DNA from: an uncultured bacterium
Lineage (GTDB): Bacteria; Spirochaetota; B62-G9; DRHN01
Reading direction: 5' to 3'
NCBI GenBank assembly: GCA_965603595.1
Contig: CBFDDP010000005.1
Coordinates: 1-54,328, forward strand
DNA: 54,328 nt
The translations under genes and the position numbers were made by a program. Numbering within the stretch: the first letter of the stretch is position 1; each line of letters starts with the position of its first letter. Shown here piece after piece: positions 47,272-54,328 of this stretch. The notes under the pieces were generated by a model. The model was not told the DNA's origin and did not search any database. It saw only the letters and a list, made by a program, of their open reading frames with translations.

Positions 47272-47904
47272 CTATTCCATGTCCCCTGAGCGCAAGAAAC
47301 GGATACCGGCCACTTTCATTTTGTCTCTCGTCCGCAATACATTGCCGGCGGGCATATCCACACCCCGTACCGCATCCTCGATGATCACCGTTTCGAAACC
47401 AAGCCGGACTGCATCCATGGCACTGTAGAACACACATACATCGGCCGCCAGTCCACACACCCAGACAGTGTTCACGTTAATCTCTTTCAGATATGACGCA
47501 AGTCCGGTGGGAGTTTTCCTGTCGTTTTCGAAAAATGCCGAATATGAGTCCAGGTTAGGACGCAGACCCTTACGAAGTATCAGGTGCAGACGGCTCGCAT
47601 CGAAGTCGGGATGGAATGCTGCACCTGAGGAACCCTGTACACAGTGGTCGGGCCAGAGGACCTGCTCGATTCCGTTGACCATGACTTTATCGAAGGGCGC
47701 CTTTCCTGCATGCGTGGAAGCGAAGGAGACATGACCTGGAGGATGCCAGTCCTGTGTGGCTACAACACTGCCGAAATGCACCATTACGGCGTTGATGATC
47801 GGAACCACCTCATCACCTTTAGGTACGGGCAGCGTGCCTCCCGGGCAGAAATCGTTCTGTACATCAATGATGAGCAGGGAAGTTCTTTCAAATATTTTCT
47901 TCAT
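47272..47904 (-). CDS. pncA: Nicotinamidase/pyrazinamidase
   Basis: IDVQNDF.PGG.L, TQDWHP..H.SF, WPDHCVQG, KG....DSYSAF, GLAADVCV. Confidence 0.95.
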   Translation of the reverse strand: MKKIFERTSLLIIDVQNDFCPGGTLPVPKGDEVVPIINAVMVHFGSVVATQDWHPPGHVSFASTHAGKAPFDKVMVNGIEQVLWPDHCVQGSSGAAFHPDFDASRLHLILRKGLRPNLDSYSAFFENDRKTPTGLASYLKEINVNTVWVCGLAADVCVFYSAMDAVRLGFETVIIEDAVRGVDMPAGNVLRTRDKMKVAGIRFLRSGDME

Positions 47905-48109
47905 GACGAGTCCTCTGTTCCTGAACTCAGGACCTCTTCGGTGATTGCCAACGCCTTTAGTATATCGTCCCGTTCCACCTGTTTGGACGTGACGAAACGG
48001 ACGATCGAGCCGCATGCACAGAGCCACCCAGGGGAGCCTTGAATGCCTCCTCACACATAGTCTGATCGGGAAGCGTGATGGTATCCCGTCTGAAGTCAAT
48101 GGTTTTCAT
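47901..48109 (-). pseudogene. ltaE: Low-specificity L-threonine aldolase remnant (internal deletion)
   Basis: RBS GAGGGGAG + MKTIDFRRDTITLPDQTMCEEAFKAPLGGSV (LtaE N-terminus-like), joined out of frame to IVRFVTSKQVERDDILKALAITEEVL (LtaE C-terminus-like); the TGA overlaps the pncA ATG. Confidence 0.75.
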
Positions 48110-48221
48110 GGAACTCCCCTCACTGCTCATGTCTGAAAACAGTGTAGCATGGAACTGAATAGTTTACGAGCACCACGTTTTGTGTTAGGTTTTTCTAAAA
48201 ATACAGCCTGAGTGGAGTGCC

Positions 48222-49451
48222 ATGACCGAGAGTACCGTTCCCCGACAGGGCAGGGTTCCCACACAGGTGTACCTACTCGGAATCCTGATTCTCCTCATGA
48301 TCACATCGGTATCCATCCTTCACACCAATGAGTATGAATTTGTCTGGATGAGATTCGAGGGCATCACCCTGTTCCAACTCTCGCTGTACGATACACTCCT
48401 CTATGCTGCATACCTCATCTTCGGTGTGATCACCGGTATGGTTTCCGACCGGCTGGGCAGGCGCCGTCTCTTTGTCATCCTTGGCTCCTCGACCTCTGTC
48501 ATGTTCTTTGCCCTCATGACGCTCACCTCTTCATTCACACAGCTTCTCCTTTTCAGATTTATGCAGGGTGCATGTAGCGTCATGGGCTGGCAGATACTCA
48601 TGACCCTCGCACTGGACCATGCAGACAGCAGCAACAGGGGCATCTGCATGGGGGTGTTCGGCAGTTTCCTGGCCTTTGCTATGGGAACGGGTCCGGTTCT
48701 GGGCGGATTTCTTGCTGCGCGCAATGTCCTTCTTCCCTACTACGCGGCCATGCTCCTGAACATATCCGTCACTGTCCTGGCGGCCCTGGTCCTGAAAGAG
48801 CCGGGTCATCTGCGGTCCAGAGAATCGCTTGCAGACAGCCTTTGGATCCTGCGGCGCAGACCTGCACTCCTCGTTCCATCCCTTTTCAACTTTGTCGACC
48901 GTCTCCACATCGGTTTCATCCTGTTCCTGCTCCCCCTTTTCCTGGAGCTCAGGCTTGGACTGGGTCCATCATGGCGGGGTATACTGCTGGGCATACACGC
49001 GCTTCCCTTCATCCTCCTCCAGTATCCGGTCGGAAGGCTCTCGGACAGAATCGGCAGGCTTCCGATTCTCATACCGGGCTCCCTCTGCTACGGCATACTT
49101 CTCTCCCTGTCAGGGTATATCGGAGCACGGGGATTGCCACCGATTGCCCTCACCTTCTTCGTTCTTGGCATCTTTTCGGGACTCACAGGGCCCACAAATG
49201 CAGCGCTTGTCGGCGATCTGATACGGCCACAGGAGAACGGTATGGCCATGGCTCTGTTCAACTTTGCGGGCAATCTCGGTATTATAAGCGGTCCTCTCAT
49301 CGCCGGCTGGGTTATGGATACTTGGAACATTGAAGGAACATTTTTTTCAGGGGGTCTCGTTGAGCTTACAACCCTTTGTATCGGCCTGCTGCTGCTCAAC
49401 CGCCTCCGGGTTCACCCGCACAAAGAGTGGCAGCATGGGAAGCAGGTATAG
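48222..49451 (+). CDS. MFS transporter
   Basis: 12 TM pattern; motif A G..SDRLGRR and GRLSDRIGR; R.MQG. Confidence 0.92.
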   Translation: MTESTVPRQGRVPTQVYLLGILILLMITSVSILHTNEYEFVWMRFEGITLFQLSLYDTLLYAAYLIFGVITGMVSDRLGRRRLFVILGSSTSVMFFALMTLTSSFTQLLLFRFMQGACSVMGWQILMTLALDHADSSNRGICMGVFGSFLAFAMGTGPVLGGFLAARNVLLPYYAAMLLNISVTVLAALVLKEPGHLRSRESLADSLWILRRRPALLVPSLFNFVDRLHIGFILFLLPLFLELRLGLGPSWRGILLGIHALPFILLQYPVGRLSDRIGRLPILIPGSLCYGILLSLSGYIGARGLPPIALTFFVLGIFSGLTGPTNAALVGDLIRPQENGMAMALFNFAGNLGIISGPLIAGWVMDTWNIEGTFFSGGLVELTTLCIGLLLLNRLRVHPHKEWQHGKQV

Positions 49452-49551
49452 AGCGCAATAAGTGCGAGAGAAAATCCCGCATTTCAACACCCCTTCAACA
49501 ATTCAAATCCTCTAACTCATTGGCACTCCAGTAAATGCTTCCAGTACCGTA

Positions 49552-49568
49552 TTGGCATACATATTGCT
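49552..49568 (+). promoter_or_regulatory. sigma54 (-24/-12) promoter
   Basis: TTGGCATACATATTGCT: GG-N10-GC with consensus TGGCA and TTGC flanks, 36 nt upstream of the ATG at 49605. Confidence 0.85.
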
Positions 49569-49604
49569 TTGTTATTCATAGATGGAAACATAGGGAGGAC
49601 AGCT

Positions 49605-51014
49605 ATGCCCAGGCTTGACAGAGTCATGAACAGGAAGATCGTGAGAAGGCTCTTCAACTATTACACTACCAAGGGCAGCAGGCGAATTGACGAGCTTTTC
49701 GGTGCCGAAAAGGAGCACGGAATAAAGGCCCTTCTCACCAGATTCCCCCTTGAAACGGCACTAAACAGGGCAATGAAAGTCATGAATGTCACTGAAGAGA
49801 TGAAAGCCCTCTTCTTCACATCCAGTTACAACAAACAGGCTCTGAAAAACGTGATGAAAACGGTTGCAGCTCACGGTATGCAGCAACCCTTCCGATTTGA
49901 CAGCCCGCTCGTTGTTGTGTGGAACTATACAAATCTCTGCAATCTTCGCTGCCGGTACTGTTATCAAAGTGCGGGCAAACCGAAAGAGGATGAGCTCACC
50001 TTTGAGGAAAAGATCGATCTCATCAATCAGATGGTCGATGCCAATGTAGCGTTTCTCGCCTTTTCGGGTGGTGAACCGATCATGGGTGACCGCTTCTGGG
50101 ATCTACTCGACTATGCAAGCAAGTTCCTGCACACGAGCCTCGCCTCCAATGGTACACTCCTCGGTGACAGGCGTACTGTTCAAAAGCTTGCTGACCACGG
50201 ACTCAAAAATGTCTTTATAAGCCTCGACGGCGCAACCGCTGCGTCCCACGATTTCATCCGGGGCACGGGAAACTTCGAGCGCAGCCTCAGAGGTATTGCC
50301 AACTGTGTGGACAATCCCCATCTTCACACAGGCATCAACATGGTCGTCACCAGACGAAACCTCGATGAGGTCCCGGCCGTGCTCGAACTCGCACAGGAGC
50401 TGAGCGTCAACTCCTTCAATCACTACAACTTCATACCCACGGGGCGCGGAAAGGAGGGCAGGGACCTCGACCTTACCCCGGAAGAGCGGGAGGAACTGCT
50501 CGCCCTTCTCTCCGAGCGGCACGCTCGGCGGCATGAAACGGGGTTGAATATCATCAGCACGGCCCCGCAGTTTGCACGGGTGATATGGGAGCTCTCAAAC
50601 AGGCGAAGCGGCGGGCTGTTTCACTACACCACGGGCAATGCCACGAACATTACCGGTATCATCGAGTATGCCGGCGGATGTGGTGCGGGACGGGTATACG
50701 CAGCTGTACAGCCCAACGGCCGGATGACGCCCTGTGTGTTTATGCCCGATGTCACCATCGGCTCTGTCCGGGAGGAACGGTTTATCGACATCTGGCAGCG
50801 CTCCGAGACCTGTATTAAAATGGTGGACCGAGACAATTACCACTATCAGTGCCCAGAATACCGGAATATCTGCGGCGGGTGCAGGGCGCGGGCCTATGCC
50901 TATGGCGATCTCATCGGCCCGGATCCGAAATGCGCCGTGTATCAGCAGGTAATGCAGAATAGGGAGGGAGCTAACGTTGAACGAAGAACGGGAGTGGAGG
51001 CAGTTGCTGTTTAA
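49605..51014 (+). CDS. Radical SAM/SPASM-domain protein
   Basis: VWNYTNLCNLRCRYCY, FSGGEP, ISLDG, GGCGAGR....PNG...PC, C......CGGCRARA....DP.C; RBS AGGGAGG before ATG 49605. Confidence 0.93.
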   Translation: MPRLDRVMNRKIVRRLFNYYTTKGSRRIDELFGAEKEHGIKALLTRFPLETALNRAMKVMNVTEEMKALFFTSSYNKQALKNVMKTVAAHGMQQPFRFDSPLVVVWNYTNLCNLRCRYCYQSAGKPKEDELTFEEKIDLINQMVDANVAFLAFSGGEPIMGDRFWDLLDYASKFLHTSLASNGTLLGDRRTVQKLADHGLKNVFISLDGATAASHDFIRGTGNFERSLRGIANCVDNPHLHTGINMVVTRRNLDEVPAVLELAQELSVNSFNHYNFIPTGRGKEGRDLDLTPEEREELLALLSERHARRHETGLNIISTAPQFARVIWELSNRRSGGLFHYTTGNATNITGIIEYAGGCGAGRVYAAVQPNGRMTPCVFMPDVTIGSVREERFIDIWQRSETCIKMVDRDNYHYQCPEYRNICGGCRARAYAYGDLIGPDPKCAVYQQVMQNREGANVERRTGVEAVAV

Positions 51015-51055
51015 GGGGTTTATGACTCTCCATTCTCATGCTATAATAGGGCAGG

Positions 51056-53158
51056 ATGAAATTAACCTATTTTCATATACAAACCATCATTATCCTCATA
51101 AGTCTCACCGTCGGCTATGTTGTCTGGACCTACAATTCGAAGAGCTATCTGAACCGTATTCTTGCTTTTATCATACTGTGCATTCTCTTCATTAACTTGA
51201 GTTTTCTCTTTTATCTGAAGATAGAGGGTGAGCGCAACCTGCTGGCAACGATCATTCTCGGGTCCCTGGGTATCAGCTTTTTTCCCCCACTTTTCTACAC
51301 GCTCTCCCTCTACTACCCGATGAAGAAACGATTTAAAATGGGAAGGCTCTGTCTCGTATACGGTATCGGCCTGCTCCTCTCGCTGGCCATCCTACTCTCC
51401 TTCCCAAAGCAGTACATCATACAAAAGCTCTCTCTGCCAACTGGTCTGCGGGAAATCTCCCTTCGAAACATGCCGCTGGTCTTCGTTTTCCTCTATTTTC
51501 TGCTCACCTCATACTCCTTGGTCCTCCTCTTCTTCACCGCAAGAAACTTTATCAGCAGTATGAGGGCCCGGATCATCCCCTTTGAACGGAGAACCGTACA
51601 CCTGCTCACGCTCATCGGGCTTCCTCTCGCCTATCTCGTTTCCATCGTCAGTGTGATTAACTACTTCTTTCACATACCCTTTCCCTGGGTCGGGTTCCTG
51701 CTCTTTCTCTTCACTTCCTTCGTAGTCATCCTCATATTCAGGTTTCACATTGTCGACCTGAAGCATCTTCTCGGGGGAATACTCTTCTACCCCGCACTCA
51801 TCGGCATACTCGTTCTCATCTATATATCAGTGGTTCTGAAGTATCAGAACCGAATTGCACATGTTCTGGCTCTCCCCGAAAACGTCACCCTTATACTCGA
51901 GGTGTTTATCATCTACCTGGCACTGAGCACACTCAGACGTGTCCAGACCTTCTCATACCTGAAAAAACGGTTCCCCAATGTGTCACCCTCCATGGAGATC
52001 GACATAGAGCCGCTCGAGTATCTCTCCTATGCACTGACGATCAAGGGACTCTACAAGAGGCTGCAGCAGGTACTGCACCGCTACAGTAGATCGGAACACA
52101 ATCTGATGTTGCTTCGAAACAGGGAACGCAGGACGTTCGAAAGCGTTGACAGAGCACATGACCTTACAATCCCCGAGTCAGGCGAGCTCATGAGCGCTCT
52201 TCAAAAACTGAACAGGGGCATGACCCTGGAGGAACTTCTCCTCCATCTGAACAACCGGGAGGAGATCGAAAGTCTGTACTCATACGGCATAAACCTCGTC
52301 CTCCCCATAAACAAGGGAAATGATATCATTGCACTCATACTTCTCCCCAAACGGGGCATCATAAGCCGTTGGAGCTTTGAGGATATTTACTCCCTCAACT
52401 ACCTCAAGGCGGTACTTCCGTCGCTGATCGACCGCTGTCAGATGTATGAGAACGAGAGGGAGATCGAGAAACATCAATACCGGATGGAGCAGCTCATGGT
52501 CATCGGGGAGATGGCTTCTGGGTTCGCCCATGAGATCCGCAATCCCCTTTCAATCATTTCCACCTCAGTTGAGACCATCCTGAGAAATGATATCCGCGAT
52601 GATGACCGCATCAAGATGCTTCAGTTTATCAAGGAGGAGACGAACCGTATCAATATCCTGGCCAACAAGCTGCTGAGCATTAACTTTCAGAAAAAACCTG
52701 AACTCGAGCGTTTCGACGTGGTTGTCATCATGCAGAAGCTTCACTCTTTCCTTGAATATCAACTCAAGGACAGGAACATTCTATTCAGTATCAAGAACAA
52801 CAACTCCTATCACCTGTATTCTGATCCGAACATCCTGTTTCAGATACTCCTGAACCTGACCCTGAACTCCATGGAGGCGATCGATTCGGGTGGGGTCATA
52901 AGCGTTGACTACAGGAGTAACGACACCAACCTTTCTATTATCATACAGGATGACGGCCCCGGTATACCTCCGAAACAGAGGGCCCGGGTTTTCGATCCCT
53001 TTTACACCACCAAGAAGAGGGGAACCGGCCTCGGGCTCACCGTCACCAAAAAGCTGATCGAAAACCTCTTTGGATATATAGAGCTGCAGCCTTCAAAGCG
53101 GGGTGCAGTATTTAAAGTCACCCTGCCAATACTCAGCGTAAGTAAGTCAAAAGCATGA
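51056..53158 (+). CDS. Multi-TM sensor histidine kinase (7TM-type N-terminus, GAF-like linker)
   Basis: About 8-9 TMs; AHEIRNPL, N..LNS.EA, DDGPGI, FDPFYTTK, GTGLGL. Confidence 0.92.
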   Translation: MKLTYFHIQTIIILISLTVGYVVWTYNSKSYLNRILAFIILCILFINLSFLFYLKIEGERNLLATIILGSLGISFFPPLFYTLSLYYPMKKRFKMGRLCLVYGIGLLLSLAILLSFPKQYIIQKLSLPTGLREISLRNMPLVFVFLYFLLTSYSLVLLFFTARNFISSMRARIIPFERRTVHLLTLIGLPLAYLVSIVSVINYFFHIPFPWVGFLLFLFTSFVVILIFRFHIVDLKHLLGGILFYPALIGILVLIYISVVLKYQNRIAHVLALPENVTLILEVFIIYLALSTLRRVQTFSYLKKRFPNVSPSMEIDIEPLEYLSYALTIKGLYKRLQQVLHRYSRSEHNLMLLRNRERRTFESVDRAHDLTIPESGELMSALQKLNRGMTLEELLLHLNNREEIESLYSYGINLVLPINKGNDIIALILLPKRGIISRWSFEDIYSLNYLKAVLPSLIDRCQMYENEREIEKHQYRMEQLMVIGEMASGFAHEIRNPLSIISTSVETILRNDIRDDDRIKMLQFIKEETNRINILANKLLSINFQKKPELERFDVVVIMQKLHSFLEYQLKDRNILFSIKNNNSYHLYSDPNILFQILLNLTLNSMEAIDSGGVISVDYRSNDTNLSIIIQDDGPGIPPKQRARVFDPFYTTKKRGTGLGLTVTKKLIENLFGYIELQPSKRGAVFKVTLPILSVSKSKA

Positions 53159-54328
53159 ACGAGACTAAAAAACCACTTATCTTCATCATCGAGGATGAGA
53201 AGAAGATGATGGAGATATTCAGGATCAATCTCTCAAACAGGTTCAATATCTCATACTACAACAATGCTGAGTCGGCACTTCATGATGTCGAGGCCCTGCA
53301 TCCCGCGCTTATCGTTACCGATGTCCGTCTCCCGGGACTGGACGGCATAGCCTTCATGGAAAAGGTGAAGAAATCCACCCCCGCGCTTCCCTTCATCGTA
53401 TTCACCGGCTACGGGAGCATAGACCATGCCGTCGAAACCATGAAAAAGGGCGCCTTTGACTACCTGGTGAAGCCGATAAAAATCGAAAATCTCATACAGT
53501 CGATTAACCGGGCCCTTTCCTATATTAAAATCTCAAGAAGCACACTACTCCTGGAGCGGGAGTTCAAGGTACGCATCGATGAGATGAACGCAGAGTTCAT
53601 CACCCATGATCCTGCGACGATCGAAATGCTCAACCTTGCACAGAAGGCGTCACAGTTCAACTCCCCCATACTAATCGTCGGGGAGACAGGTACAGGGAAG
53701 GAGCTCGTTGCCCGTTATATACATGATCGCTCCGATAGGAAAGGCCCTTTCGTAAAACTCAACTGTGCCTCCATACCCAGGGACATACTCGAGGGTGAGC
53801 TTTTCGGATACAGGAAGGGAGCATTTACCGGTGCCTCGCATGACTATGAGGGGAAGATTGCTCTCTCCGGCAACGGTACGCTCTTCCTCGACGAGATCGG
53901 TGAGCTTCCCCTCGAGATGCAGGCTAAGCTCCTGCACGTGCTCGAGATTCCCGAGTATTATCCCCTGGGGAGCAATGTCAAGCGAACCGTGGACCTGCAT
54001 CTCATTGCTGCGACGAACCGAAACCTCCGGCGTATGGTTGACGAGGAGCGATTCAGGCAGGACATCTACTACCGCATCGCCGTGATACCTCTCTCGATTC
54101 CCCCGCTCCGTGAACGGAGGGGGGACATCCTGCCTCTGGTCGATTACTTTGTACACAAGCGCAGTACCGATATGATTATCTCTCCGGAAGCGAAGCTGAA
54201 ACTCCTTGGATACAGCTGGCCCGGTAACGTACGGGAGCTTGTCAACGTGATGGAACGTTCGATGCTCATGACAAAAAATGGCAGCATACTGGAGGATGTG
54301 ATTATTGATGCCGAGGGGGATCCTGGAG
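53155..54328 (+). CDS. NtrC-family sigma54-dependent response regulator (truncated by window end)
   Basis: Own translation from ATG 53155 (ATGA overlap with the kinase): IIEDE, TDVRLP, FTGYG, DYLVKP, GETGTGKE, ELFGYRKGAFTGA, LFLDEIGE, WPGNVREL. Confidence 0.95.
   Translation, partial: MNETKKPLIFIIEDEKKMMEIFRINLSNRFNISYYNNAESALHDVEALHPALIVTDVRLPGLDGIAFMEKVKKSTPALPFIVFTGYGSIDHAVETMKKGAFDYLVKPIKIENLIQSINRALSYIKISRSTLLLEREFKVRIDEMNAEFITHDPATIEMLNLAQKASQFNSPILIVGETGTGKELVARYIHDRSDRKGPFVKLNCASIPRDILEGELFGYRKGAFTGASHDYEGKIALSGNGTLFLDEIGELPLEMQAKLLHVLEIPEYYPLGSNVKRTVDLHLIAATNRNLRRMVDEERFRQDIYYRIAVIPLSIPPLRERRGDILPLVDYFVHKRSTDMIISPEAKLKLLGYSWPGNVRELVNVMERSMLMTKNGSILEDVIIDAEGDPG

Noticed and set aside
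49520-49539. Second sigma54-like TTGGCAC upstream of the rSAM gene
   Set aside because: GC is not at the obligatory GG-N10-GC spacing.

Overview
54 kb of bacterial chromosome, most likely from an anaerobic spirochaete. This is inferred from a SpiroCoCo-type coiled-coil protein, a STAS anti-anti-sigma factor with a C-terminal Zn ribbon, and the nifJ/ald/TGS-uridine kinase gene content. Most genes are housekeeping or metabolic: trxB, ald, nifJ, aroF-tyrA, fabF, three tandem M42 peptidases, pfkA and pncA. I saw no rRNA, tRNA, CRISPR array or transposase. Most notable observations: (1) a divergent five-gene candidate synthase-dependent exopolysaccharide system (GT2 + HEAT-repeat membrane protein + TPR/beta-barrel, facing a secreted deacetylase and an (alpha/alpha)6 hydrolase-like gene); (2) a complete unannotated Tyr-Tyr leader-peptide attenuator upstream of aroF-tyrA; (3) a sigma54-driven radical SAM/SPASM gene next to a multi-TM kinase and an NtrC-type activator; (4) two families of dispersed structured intergenic repeats; (5) a TPR/PP2C/STAS/anti-sigma partner-switching module with an unusual sensor; (6) an AT-rich Mre11/Rad50-like gene pair; (7) an internally deleted threonine aldolase remnant. 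All calls come from motif recognition by eye, with no database searches. Several start codons were moved downstream of the supplied ORF starts.
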